Shown: positions 24,104 through 34,734 of the stretch, piece after piece | How positions within the stretch are numbered: position 1 is the first letter of the stretch | Layout: every line of letters begins with the position of its first letter | Origin: an uncultured Acidobacteriota bacterium | Lineage (GTDB): Bacteria; Acidobacteriota; Vicinamibacteria; Fen-336 | Assembly: GCA_963818355.1 (NCBI GenBank) | Contig: CAWFSB010000059.1 | Coordinates: forward strand, 137,238 to 201,237 | Length of the DNA stretch: 64,000 nt | Direction of reading: 5' to 3' | Translations under genes and position numbers: made by a program | The notes under the pieces: generated by a model | What the model was told of the DNA's origin: nothing | Database searches by the model: none | The model's input: only the letters and a program-made list of their open reading frames with translations

Positions 24104-26452
24104 CTACCTTCCGGGTCCGGAAGCGGCCAAACCTCGACCCCCGTCGGCAGGTCTCGCGACGGCCTCCCCGGGCGAGAGGGCGAGTCCGACGACCGTCACG
24201 GGGGTGCGGGCGTCGAGGACGCCCCGCCCTTCGTCCACCACCAGGACCACGGTGCTCAGGCCGGCGGGGAGGTTCAGCGGGAGGCGCAGCGCCGTCTCCC
24301 CCGCCAGCGGAACCGTCGCCACGGGCGTGCCCTCCGCGGCGAGACGCACGCCGCGATGGCTGTAGTCCTCCGCGGCCAGGAACGCGACGAGGCGCGTGCC
24401 CGGCCGGCCGGGGTAGGGCCGGAGAGAGAGGCTCAATTCCACCGTGAGGGCCGCAGGCGAGAAGACGACGATCTTCGTCCGCCCTCGCCCCACCGTGAAG
24501 ACCGGTCGCCCCGAGGTTTCGTCCCGGTCGAGCCCCGACGGGTTCACGACGTGCACCGGCAGCGGGCGAACGGACGGCAGCAGGCGTCCGTAGCCGCCTC
24601 CCAGCTCCTCGACCCCTCCGGCCTGGAACGGGACGTAGCCGGCCACGATGGGGACCACGAGCGGGTCGTCCCACCGAGCCAGGGTCCGCGCGTAGAGCGC
24701 CTCGCCGTCCGGGGAGTTCGAGAGGGACGCGCTGTCCGCCCAGTCGCCCACGATCGCCCGCGGGTACGCGAGAAGGCCCGTGTAGGCGGAGAGCCAGCGG
24801 TTCACGTTCGCCGGCCGTCCCACGACGAGGAGCGTCCCGGACGGCAGGCCCTGGAACCGCTGCTTCAGGCCGGGGAGCTCCTCGAGGGGGCTCTCGAAGG
24901 GGAGCACCTCCCGCATCGTGAGTCCCAGCTTCTCGCTCCAGACCCAGTGGGCGGGAGCGAGGCTGAGGGGAGCCAGGAGTGCCAGGATCGACACGACCCA
25001 CTGCACCCGCGGGTGTGTCCTTCGGACGAGCGCCCGCAGGCCCAGGGCGGCCAGCAGCAGGACGACGGGGTAGGACCACTGGCACAGCTTGAACACGTTC
25101 CACGTGTGGCCGAGCCGGTGCTTCCAGGGGTCCTCCACGGCGAGGGCGTAGTAGAGGATCGCGCTGCCGAACAGGGCGGCGAGCGCGCCGAGCCCCCGGC
25201 TGCGCTCCCGGCGCAGGGCCAGGCCGAGGCCGCACAGGGCGAGGCCGAGGGTGAGCGGCGCCAGCCCGCGGTTGAGCGCCGTCCACGGCCACGACTCGAC
25301 GCTCGTCGAGCCCGGGGCGAAGACACGCGCGCCCAGAGCGAACTGGAAGAACTCGACGGCCGAGAGCGGGACGTGTCCCCCCGCGACGTCGGTCATGAAC
25401 CCGCGCATGCGCAGGACCACCCCGACGAGGTCCCGCAGGCCGAGGAGGACGAAGAGCGCGGCCAGGCCGCCCGCCCACGCGGCGAAGCGGCGCTCGGCCC
25501 CGCGACGGCGCGCCCGGCGGAAGCCCTGGAGCAGTGCCAGCGCGCCGACGAGGCCGAGAGCGGGGAGGAGCGGCACGTACACCGCCAGCAGGAACGCGAA
25601 GAGGATGGCGCCGAGCGCGGCGTTGCCGAGGGAGAATCGCGGCGGCCGGGCGGAACGGGCGAGAAGCACCACGCCCAGCAGCAACACGGCGAGCGCGTAG
25701 GTCTGCTGGAGGAAGCCGTTGTGGTGCCCCCAGTAGAGGGCGTGCGGCACGACCGCGAAGACGAGCGCCGTGCCCCCGGCCCACCCCGAGCCGAAGCGCA
25801 GGACCTGTCGGGCGGCCAGGAACAGGCCGGCGGTGACCGCCACCATCCCGAAGGCGGCGGTCGCCGGGTAGACGAGGAGCGAGACCGGCGCGCCCGCGGC
25901 CGCCTGGACGAGCGCCAGCAGGTGGGCGATCCCGAGGTCGTAGTGGAGCCGCTGCCACAGCCACGGGATGCCGGTCACCGGCGAGTACGGGTCGAGGCGG
26001 CAGGTCTCCGAGAAGCCGTGATGCTGCAGCCACTCGCTGAACGCGCAGTAGGTGTAGGTGTCGTTGCCGATCGCGAAGCCGTTCGTCCGCAGAACCGGCA
26101 GGAGAGCCACCACCGCGGTGGCCGTGGCCGGGACCACGAGTGCCAGCCAGGCCCGCGCGGGCCCGCGGGGCCGCAGGACGTCGAGGCGACGCCTCTTCCA
26201 CGCGAGGGCGAGCGGGACGAGGAGGACCGCCGGCACGAGCGCGACGAGGGGCGGGGTCGGAAACCCCGCGGCGGAGAGCCCGATGCTCAGGAGCGTGAGG
26301 ACCGAAGCCCCCAGGACCATCGAGCCCGCGGCGGCCGCGGCGTCCAGGCGCCGCAGCAGGTCCGCGCCGAAGCCGCCCACGACGAGGCGGCCGGCGAGGA
26401 GCGACGCGAGGGCGAGCCCGGCGACCAGGAGCAGGGAGCCGGCGAACGTCAC
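24104..26452 (-). CDS. Large polytopic membrane protein (783 aa) with C-terminal extracytoplasmic beta-rich domain; function unknown
   Basis: GTG at 26452 in a GTGA overlap. At least 12 hydrophobic helices. GNDTYTYCAFSEWLQHHGF follows an early helix. Intact frame. Confidence 0.6.
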   Translation of the reverse strand: MTFAGSLLLVAGLALASLLAGRLVVGGFGADLLRRLDAAAAAGSMVLGASVLTLLSIGLSAAGFPTPPLVALVPAVLLVPLALAWKRRRLDVLRPRGPARAWLALVVPATATAVVALLPVLRTNGFAIGNDTYTYCAFSEWLQHHGFSETCRLDPYSPVTGIPWLWQRLHYDLGIAHLLALVQAAAGAPVSLLVYPATAAFGMVAVTAGLFLAARQVLRFGSGWAGGTALVFAVVPHALYWGHHNGFLQQTYALAVLLLGVVLLARSARPPRFSLGNAALGAILFAFLLAVYVPLLPALGLVGALALLQGFRRARRRGAERRFAAWAGGLAALFVLLGLRDLVGVVLRMRGFMTDVAGGHVPLSAVEFFQFALGARVFAPGSTSVESWPWTALNRGLAPLTLGLALCGLGLALRRERSRGLGALAALFGSAILYYALAVEDPWKHRLGHTWNVFKLCQWSYPVVLLLAALGLRALVRRTHPRVQWVVSILALLAPLSLAPAHWVWSEKLGLTMREVLPFESPLEELPGLKQRFQGLPSGTLLVVGRPANVNRWLSAYTGLLAYPRAIVGDWADSASLSNSPDGEALYARTLARWDDPLVVPIVAGYVPFQAGGVEELGGGYGRLLPSVRPLPVHVVNPSGLDRDETSGRPVFTVGRGRTKIVVFSPAALTVELSLSLRPYPGRPGTRLVAFLAAEDYSHRGVRLAAEGTPVATVPLAGETALRLPLNLPAGLSTVVLVVDEGRGVLDARTPVTVVGLALSPGEAVARPADGGRGLAASGPGR

Positions 26453-28213
26453 GAGCCCTCGCTCCCGGGCGCCGCCGGCACGACGTCGTCGGGCGGCAAC
26501 GGGCTCGCGGCAGGCCGCAGGCGAACGAAGACGAAGTCGTGGTCGGGGCTTTCGAAGGCCTCGTGCCGGCCGGTGGCCGCGAGCCGGGCGCGCAGCTCCT
26601 CGGCCCCGTCCTCGTAGGCCTTCCGGATCACGAGGAGGCCCGCGAAGCCCATGCGCTCGAGCGCGTCCGCCATCGGCTCCGCCTCCAGCTCCTCCACGCG
26701 CCGCTGCCACGCCTCGCGCGGCCGGCCCTTGTCGGAGCCGTAGCTGAAGCGCAGCTGCTTCGAGTGCAGGTACAAGCGGAGGTGCTCGTAGTCGCTCGCC
26801 CCCGGATGGGCTGCCCCTCGGGGAAATCCACGACCGGGAGCTGGAAGAGCATCGCCCCCGCGGGCAGCGCGGTCTCCAGAGAGCGCGTGAAGACGGCGTC
26901 GGAGGCGAGAGCGGCGCCTCTCTCCCGGATCGCCGCGGGCGGCGTCCGCGGCGGGAGCTGATCGGCGAGCGTGAGAGCCCCGAGGAGCGCCGCGGCGAGA
27001 AGGCTCGCCCAGCGCCGGCGCGTCCAGGCGGCCCTCGAGATCGCCGTGGCTCCCCACAGCAGGACGACGGCCAGGATCCAGATGCTCGTCCGGTTCGTGG
27101 CCCGCAGCCAGACGAAGCCGGCGAGCCCGAGGAGGCCGTTCAGCCCGCCGACGACCGCGTAGGCGAAGATCCAGGCGAGCGCCAGAGCGGCGCCGGGCAC
27201 GGGGCGTCGCGGCCGGCCGAGCCCCGCCCGCGCCGCTGCCATCGCGAGGGCGAGGAGGGCGAGGACGCCGGCGAGGCCGAGATAGGCCGAGCCGAGCTCG
27301 CCGCGGTAGAGAGCGCCTTGCAGGTAGATCTTCCCGGCCGCCCGCCAGGGCACGATGCCGGCCTCGCCGAGCGGCAGCAGCAGCTCGATCGGCTTGAGCG
27401 CGTATCGCTCCAGGTTGCCGTACGGGCGCAGGAGAGTGTCGGCCGAAGCACCCTCCCGCGTGGCCTGGACGAGCAGGTTGGCGTTGTCGGCCAGCACCGT
27501 GCCGAGCAGCACGGCGAGAAGAGCGAGCGACGACAGGGCGGCCCTGGGAGCACGCCGCACGAGTCCCTGCACGAGGAGCGAGAGGCCCAGGAACTGGGCG
27601 AGGAGCGCGGCGAAGTAGATGTTGTGGAGGCCGGTCACCACGGCGATCGCCGTCGCGGCCCAGAAGCGACGCGATCCCGGCCGGATCCCGTGCTCCTCGA
27701 AGGCCCAGGCGACGACGAGGACGGCCGAGCGGGATCGGCCAGTAGAAGCTCAAAGTGAGGTGGGCAAGCGAGCGGTGGAAGAAGAACGGCGACAGCGCGA
27801 AGGCACAGGCGCCGGCGAAGGCCCACTCGGGTCTCGCTCCGAGGTGACGGCTCACGGCCTGGAAGGAGAGCGCCGCGAGCACCGCCGCGAGCAGGACGAG
27901 CAGGTTGGCGGCGGGAAAGAGCCCGACGGTGCGCGCGAGGCCACCGGCGAGGGCGTACTGCAGCTTGTGCTGCCGCAGGAAGTCGTTCCAGCTCGCGCCG
28001 AGGGGCGCGCCGAGCTCGGGGACTTCCACCCGGCCGAGTGGCGTCAGGTGCCCGTCGTGCGCGGCCTTCAGCGTGGCGAGCGTGTACCAGGCGTCGGCGC
28101 CGGTGTCGACCGGCACGCGCCAGGCCTCGAGGCTCGTGCGCCCGACGACGACGCACCACAGCCCGGCGACGAGAGCCGCGAGCGCGAGTGCGGCGAGCGG
28201 CGTCTCTTCTCAC
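26449..28213 (-). CDS. Polytopic membrane protein with soluble C-terminal domain; function unknown (about 3 frame breaks)
   Basis: GTG at 28213 in a GTGA overlap. TM1 PLAALALAALVAGLWCVVVG, then VDTGADAWYTLATLKAAHDG. The middle part is read from ORF 26628..27641(-). C-terminus …RFSYGSDKGRPREAWQRRVEELE…GFAGLLVIRKAYEDG…. Confidence 0.5.
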
Positions 28214-29040
28214 GGGCCGCTCCCCGGGCCGCCGGGGCGCCTCGCCTCGATCAGCAGGTACAGGCCGCAGCCGGAGAGGAAGCGCCTGACCGCCCAGCGC
28301 GGATAGAGCCGCCTCGCGGCGTCGAGGAGCGCCCCGCGGTGCCGCTGGCCGACGGCGCCCTGCAGCAGGTCCCCCGGACCGAGCTCGCTCGTGATCCGCA
28401 CGTCGGAGAACCCGGCGAACATCTCGTGGGCCCGGGCGGGGGAGTACGCCTTGGTGCCCGGGCTCTCCAGGTGCTGCGCGTAGATCTCGTCGAGCGAGCG
28501 CCCCGGCCGGCCGGCCAGCAGCCCGTAGCGCAGCCACAGCATGAGCCCGACGAGCGAACGGCGGTGGTAGATCATGACCCGCGCCCGGCCGCCCGGCCGG
28601 AGGACACGCGCGATCTCCCGGACCGCGGCCGGCGTGTGCGGGGAGTGGTGGACGACACCCCAGGAATAGACGAGGTCGAAGGAGGCGTCCCGGAAGGGAA
28701 GGTGCTCGGCGTCGGTCACCAGCAGACGCGAGCGCCGGCCGTAGAGCGAGAGGCGCTCACGCGTGAAGGCAATCGCCTGGCGCGTGAGGTCGACCCCGGT
28801 GAGGGACCGCGGCGCGGCTTGCGCCCACTCCAGGTGATCGGCGCCCATGCCCACGCCGATCTCGAGCACGTCCCGGTCTCGCCCGTCCTCGAACCGGGCG
28901 AAGTCGCGGATGTACGGCTCGAGCGCGTAGCGGGCCTGGGCCTGGGCCTCCAGCCGCTCGCGTGGCGCCTGGCCCTGTGCGTACACCTCTCCGCAAGGCG
29001 CCGCCTCCCAGAAGTCGCGGACTTGCCGCAGGTCCGTCAT
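28210..29040 (-). CDS. Class I SAM-dependent methyltransferase
   Basis: ATG at 29040 in an ATGA overlap. VLEIGVGMGAD…FDLVYSWGVVHHSP…LRPGGRARVMIY. Paralog of 38043..38846. Confidence 0.8.
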   Translation of the reverse strand: MTDLRQVRDFWEAAPCGEVYAQGQAPRERLEAQAQARYALEPYIRDFARFEDGRDRDVLEIGVGMGADHLEWAQAAPRSLTGVDLTRQAIAFTRERLSLYGRRSRLLVTDAEHLPFRDASFDLVYSWGVVHHSPHTPAAVREIARVLRPGGRARVMIYHRRSLVGLMLWLRYGLLAGRPGRSLDEIYAQHLESPGTKAYSPARAHEMFAGFSDVRITSELGPGDLLQGAVGQRHRGALLDAARRLYPRWAVRRFLSGCGLYLLIEARRPGGPGSGP

Positions 29041-30771
29041 GTCCGCTCCCGGACGCCTCTCGCCGGGGACTCCTGCGGGGCCTTCGCTCCGGAGCGCAGG
29101 CGGTCGAGGACCGCGGCGACGTTCCGGTCCCAGGTGAACGAATCGAGGACGAGGCGGCGGGCCTCCCGCCCGAGCGCCGCGCGCTCGGCTTCCGGCATCT
29201 CGACCACTCGCCGGATGGCGGCGACGAGGGCGTCCACGTCGCCCGGCTCGACCAGGAGCGCCGCCTCGGCCTTTGCCCGACTCGCCGGGGGCCGGAGGGG
29301 GCTCGCCCGGCCTCCAGCCCTTCAGCACCCAGCCGATCTGGTCGAGGTCGGAGGCCACGATCGGCTTGCCCATGGCCATGTACTCGAAGAGCTTCGTCGG
29401 GCTGCCGAAGAAGGGCGTGCCGTCGGGGTTCGGGACGTGCGGCGAGAGCAGGATGTCGGAGGCGGCGAGCGTGCGCGGGGTCTCGGCCTGGGGCCGGATC
29501 CCGGCCAGCGTGACGAAGGGGCGGCCCAGGCCTTCCCCCAGGATCGAGCGCACGCGGGGGGCGAGCGCGCCGTCGCCCACGTAGAGGAAATGGACCCGGC
29601 GGCGCTCGAGCCACGCCCGATCCTCGTCGATCAGCCGGCGGATGGCGGTCGCGAGGACGTCGGTGCCGTGCCAGGTGCCGAAGGTCCCGACGAAGGTGAG
29701 GAGGTCCGCGTCCGCGGGAACGCCGAGCTCCGCGCGAGCCTCGCGGCCGGTCCTCGGCCGTGAAGCGGGCCGGATCGAAGACGTGCGGGTCGATGCCGTT
29801 GGGGTAGAAGAGGACCCGCTCGCGCGCCGCGCCCAGCTCCATCGCCTGCTCGACGAGGGCCTGCGAGACCACCACCACCAGCTCGGCGTGTCGCAGGCTG
29901 GCGCGCTCGACCCTCTCCGCCAGCGCCTCGAAGCGCAGCCTCTCGCCCCAGTGACGTTGGGCCCAGACCTCCGAGCCGTTGAACTCGAGGACGAGCGGCA
30001 CCTGCAGGCTCTCGCGCAGCAGCGCCCCGGACATGTCGTTGAGGGCGAAGCGCTGGTAGATGAAGTCGGGCGAGAGACTCCGTGCCTCCTCACGAGCGGC
30101 GCGCAGGAAGACGCGCTGGTAGCGGTGCGAGTTCACCTCGAAGGGGAAGGAGATGAGGAAGCGCGGCGGCGACGACCCTCTGGGTGCACGGAGGTGCAAT
30201 GAGCGGCTGCTCGTGGGCGCTCACGAGACGCACGGCGATGCCCGCGCGGGCGAGGGCGTTCGCGACTCCCGCCACGTGGGCGACCGAGCCGCCGACACTC
30301 GCGCCGAAGCTCAGGGTGGGCTTGAGGTAGAGGCACCGGGCCGTGGTCCCGACTCGCTGGGGGACGAAGGGCCGGGCGACGAGGCGCCCGGCGCGCCGCC
30401 AGGCGGACGCGAGGGCGACGACTCCGACCGCGAGGCCAACGGCGACCCGGAACACGGACCTCACGAGGTGCCGCACGCCCAGCGGGGAGGCCGGCTCCCC
30501 GGCCACCTGTCGTTCCCGTCGCGCGCCCGGCACGAGGAAGGCGAGCACGACCAGGTAGTCCTCGAAGAGGACGAGCTCGCCCACCGGGCCGCTGACGACG
30601 ACCGCGTGCGGCGCGCCGCCTCCGGAGGGTGCCGAGGCCCGCGCGGCGGAGGCCGGCCAGGTCGGCGAAGGCGACGTCGGGCCCGAAGCGGGAGAGGAAG
30701 AAGCCCCGCGCTTCCGGGGACGGCGGGGTGGGGGAGAGAACGAGGGCCGGAGCCGTTTCGGGGCTGGACAT
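29037..30771 (-). CDS. GT4 glycosyltransferase with long N-terminal extension (at least 3 frame breaks)
   Basis: Pieces come from ORFs 30133..30870, 30090..30797, 28757..30199, 28210..30093 and 29037..29237 (all minus). Motifs: GGSVAHVAGVANAL, LVLEFNGSEVW, GTFGTWHG, PFFGSPTKLFEYMAMGKPIVASDLDQIG. Paralog of 49758..51409. Confidence 0.65.
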
Positions 30772-30838
30772 ACGCGCTGGAGCGGCCAGACTACCACGCG
30801 GACGACCTGATAAGCTGCGCGTGGTGTCGTCCCCGGTG

Positions 30839-32858
30839 ATGCGCGTCCTCGCGCTCCTCTTCCTGCTCACGAACCTCGCCGCCCGCGCTCACGCGCTTCA
30901 CGCCGCGGGCACGCGAGGCGGGGACGTCTTCCTCCTGGGCGCCGTCCTTGCCGCCGCAATCGGCCTCTCTCGACCCTCCCGGCTCGCCCCGGTGCTCACC
31001 CTCTTCGGCGCCTCGTTCTTCCTCTACGGCTTCCACTCCTACCGGCTCCCGAACCAGGCCTTCGAGCTGCTGGTGACGCGCGCTCGCCCTCGTCCTGCTG
31101 CTCCGCCGGCCCCGGGGAGAGGCCGTCGGGGCGGGCCGGCGGGGCCTCGCCCTGCCGCTCTTCGCCGTCTACGCGATCGTGGCCACCTTCTCGCTCCTGC
31201 TCCTGCCCCCCGTGGTGCTCGAGCATCGCCTCTTCCTCGAGGGGAGCGACTTCGCGCGGGCGATCCTGGGCGCGTTCCCGAAGGACCCGCTCTACCCGAT
31301 CGCTTCCGTCAACCGGCTGTGGCTGTTCCTCCTGTTCGCCCTCTGCTGTCGTCCCGGCCGGACGCGCGAGCTCTCTACCGAAGTCTCTTCCGGGGGATCG
31401 CCTGGGCGGCCCTGATCGCCGTCGTCCTGGGGCTCCTGGACTTCCTGGGCGTCTTCTCGCTCGCGCGCTACAACCTCTCCCACCTCTTCTACGGCGCGCA
31501 GTACCGGCGGCTGCAGTCCACCTTCGGAAACCCGAGCTGGTTCGCCGCCTTCGTGAGCCTGGCGCTGCCGTTCGTCCTGCTCGAGCTGTGGGAGGCGCGG
31601 AGGCAGGCGCGCGTGGCGATCGCCTGTCTTCTCCCGCTGTGCGCGGCGAGCCTCTTTCTCTCGGGCGCCCGGGCCTCGTGGCTCGCGGGTCTCGTCGTGA
31701 TCGTCTCTCTCGCCGGCCTCGTCCTGCTGTCGCGGCGCCACGACCGCCCACTCCCGTCCCCGGGTCCCGTGGTCTGGCTGTCTCTCGGCTCCGCGGTCGC
31801 CACGTTCGCGGTGCTGCTCGCGACCGCGCTCTTCACCGCCGCCTCGCCCGGGCGCGACGAGGGATCTCCCGGGCGGCTGGAGGGACTCTCTCGGGAGGTG
31901 CGGATCCGAGGCCTGGGTCTCACGTCGCCCCGCCCCGTGGCGGCCCGGTACGCGATCGAGCTCGCGAGGCAGAAGCCGCTCCTGGGCCTCGGGTACGAGA
32001 GCTTCAACATGCACCTGCGGGCCCAGCTCGACATCCCGTCCTCGGCGGTCGCGAGTGTCGTGAACACGGCCCTCGCCCACGATGCGAGCGAGCCCCTCTT
32101 CGACGACAGCCACAACACCTACCTGCAGGTCCTGGCGGGGACGGGCGCCGTGGGCCTCGGGCTCTGGCTCGCTCTCGCCGCCGCAGGTCTCCTGGCCGTG
32201 GCCCGGGCGCTCCGGCGCGACGTCGAGCCCGAGGCCTTCGCGGTCCTCCTCGGTCTCGTCCTCTTCCACTTCTATGGCCTCTTCCAGGGCATGGCCTACA
32301 TCCCGGTGGTCTTCTTTCTCTTCGTGGCGCTGACCGGCTACGCGACGACGCTCGACCCGCAGCCGTCGCCCGCCGGGTCTCGAAAGCGGCGCCTGGTGTC
32401 CCTCCTGGCCCTGGGCGCGCTCGTCCTCGTCTCGGCCGTCGGCTACGCCGGGGACCGTGGCTACGCGAGCCTCAAGCATCGCTTCTCTCTCACCGCCTAT
32501 CTTCCCGACGAGGCGGCGGAGTTCGAGGGGTTCTATCGACCCGAGACCGGGCCCTCGGGGGAGTTCCGCTGGATGTCCCGGCGGGGAATCGTCAACGTCT
32601 CGCGCGCCAGCGCCGTTCCGCCTGTCGTTCACCTGCGACCATCCCGACGCCGCGAGCGACCCCGTGGTGCTCTCCCTGAGCTTCGAGGGGCGGGATGCGG
32701 GAACGATCGTCTTCCGCCGGCCGGGGACGGTCGAGAGGCGGTTCGACTTCGGCACGCCCGGCGCCCTGCGGCTCAGCGTGTCCCGCACCTTCCGGCCCGG
32801 CGGCGAAACCGACCGGCGCGAGCTCGGCGTGTCGGTCAGCGCGATTCGCTGGGAGTGA
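30839..32858 (+). CDS. Wzy_C-domain membrane protein (O-antigen ligase / polymerase / PglL-like) with C-terminal beta-rich domain (about 3-4 frame breaks)
   Basis: …GLGYESFNMHL…DDSHNTYLQVLAGTGAVGLGLWLAL…, with more than 10 helices. The C-terminus comes from ORF 32457..32858 (…TDRRELGVSVSAIRWE). Confidence 0.65.
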
Positions 32859-34734
32859 CGCCCTTCGCCCCCCGCGCCGGCGTGTAGCCCGGGACGATCT
32901 CGACGAGGGCGTCCAGCAGGGCCGCGCGGTCTCCACCGCGGGCCAGGGTCTCGAGCCGGACGACGCTCTCGAGGAGGTCCGCGGGTGGAGGCGGGCCCTG
33001 GACCGCGCGGACCTTGGGCCGGATCTCGCGGCTCGCCGCGGCCTCCTCCACGCTCATCAGCTCCTCGTCGAGCTTCTCCCCCGGGCGAAGGCCCGAGATG
33101 ACGATCGAGATGTCCTTGTCGGGGACGTGGCCCGAGAGCGAGATCATCATGCGGGCGAGGTCGAGGATCCGGATCGGCTCGCCCATCTCCAGGATCAGCA
33201 GCTCGCCGTGGCCGCCGAGGCCGGCCAGCAGCACCAGGCCCACCGCCTCGGGGATCGTCATCAGGTAGCGCCGGCACTCGGCGTGGGTCACGGTCACGGG
33301 CCCGCCGCGCGCGATCTGCTCCTTGAAGAGCGGCACGACGCTGCCGGCGCTGCCCAGCACGTTGCCGAAGCGGACCGTGCTGAAGCAGGTGCGCGAGCGC
33401 GCCGCGTGGTGCTGGAGGAGGAGCTCGGCCACCCTCTTGGTGGCGCCCATCACGCTCGTGGGGTTGACGGCCTTGTCCGTCGAGACGAGCACGAAGCGCT
33501 CCACCCCCAGCCGGTCGGCGGCCCTCACCAGGTTCAGGCAGCCGAGCACGTTGTTCTTGACGGCCTCCTCGGGGGCGTACTCCATGAGCGGCACGTGCTT
33601 GTGGGCGGCGGCGTGGACGACGTCGTGCGGACGGTACTCCCCGAGGAGCTGCTCGACGCGCAGGGCGTCGCGGATGTCCACCACCTGGGCGTGGACGGCG
33701 AGGTCGGGGTGCTTCCGCCGCAGGTCCCGGAACAGGAAGTACAGGTTGTTCTCGTCGATGTCGGCGAGCACGAGCGCGGCCGGGGCGTGGGCGGCGATCT
33801 GCCGGCACGCCTCGCTGCCGATCGAGCCGGCGGCCCCCGTGACCAGGATGCGCCGGCCGCGGACGAGCCGGTCGAGCTCGTCCGCGTCGAAGAGCACCTG
33901 GTTGCGGGGCAGCAGGTGGTCGGGCGAGAGATCGGAGAGGGCGGAGACGTCCACCCGGTCGTTCAGGTAGGCGAAGGAGACCGGCAGGATCTTGTAGCTG
34001 AGCTTGAGGTCGGCGCAGGCGGCCAGGATCTCCCGCACGCGCGCGGCCGGCAGCCGCGGGATGGCGAAGAGGAGCTGCTCCACCTCGCGGCTCTTCGCGA
34101 TCGCGGGCAGCCTCTCGATGGGCCCGAGGACCGGGCAGCCCCCGATCCACTGGCCCCACTTCCCCGGGTCGTCGTCCACGAAGCCGACCACGTCGTACGA
34201 GTGCTCGTCGGAGCGCCGCAGGTCCCGGAGGAGGAGGTCGCCGGCCGAGCCCGCTCCCACGATCAGCGTCCGCACGCGCGTCGCCGAGCGGGAGCGGCTC
34301 TGGGCCAGCAGCCAGTGGTTCGCGAGGCGGGGCGAGAAGCGGAAGGCACCCACGAGGCTCGCGGTCAGGAAGAACTCCATCACGAGCACCGAGCGGGGCG
34401 GGCCGGGGGTCTGGAGAAAGTAGAAGGCGGCCACGAAGCCGACGGTGCCGACCGCCGTCGCCGTCACGACCCGCATGGCCTCGTAGAAGCCCGAGAGCCG
34501 GAAGGACCAGCGGTGCAGGCCGAAGGCGAGGTGCAGGGAGAGCCGGATCGCGAGGAAGAGCGGCAGGAAGCGCCGGAAGATCTCCCAGTTCTCGAGCGGG
34601 ATCTGGCCCTCGAAGCGCAGGACGTGGGCCGCGTAGAAGGAGGCCCAGATGAGCAGCGCGTCCAGGCCCAGGGTGAAGACGAGGCGGCGCCCGCTCGCGA
34701 ACCACTGGGGCGCGGGCCAGCGCCAGGCCGTCAT
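32836..34734 (-). CDS. Membrane-anchored nucleotide-sugar 4,6-dehydratase/epimerase (CapD/PglF/WbpM family)
   Basis: Intact frame. N-terminal TM helices. ILVTGAAGSIGSE, STDKAVNPTSVMGATKR. The ATG at 34734 sits in GTGATGA, where the third frame has a double stop. Confidence 0.85.
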   Translation of the reverse strand: MTAWRWPAPQWFASGRRLVFTLGLDALLIWASFYAAHVLRFEGQIPLENWEIFRRFLPLFLAIRLSLHLAFGLHRWSFRLSGFYEAMRVVTATAVGTVGFVAAFYFLQTPGPPRSVLVMEFFLTASLVGAFRFSPRLANHWLLAQSRSRSATRVRTLIVGAGSAGDLLLRDLRRSDEHSYDVVGFVDDDPGKWGQWIGGCPVLGPIERLPAIAKSREVEQLLFAIPRLPAARVREILAACADLKLSYKILPVSFAYLNDRVDVSALSDLSPDHLLPRNQVLFDADELDRLVRGRRILVTGAAGSIGSEACRQIAAHAPAALVLADIDENNLYFLFRDLRRKHPDLAVHAQVVDIRDALRVEQLLGEYRPHDVVHAAAHKHVPLMEYAPEEAVKNNVLGCLNLVRAADRLGVERFVLVSTDKAVNPTSVMGATKRVAELLLQHHAARSRTCFSTVRFGNVLGSAGSVVPLFKEQIARGGPVTVTHAECRRYLMTIPEAVGLVLLAGLGGHGELLILEMGEPIRILDLARMMISLSGHVPDKDISIVISGLRPGEKLDEELMSVEEAAASREIRPKVRAVQGPPPPADLLESVVRLETLARGGDRAALLDALVEIVPGYTPARGAKGVTPSESR

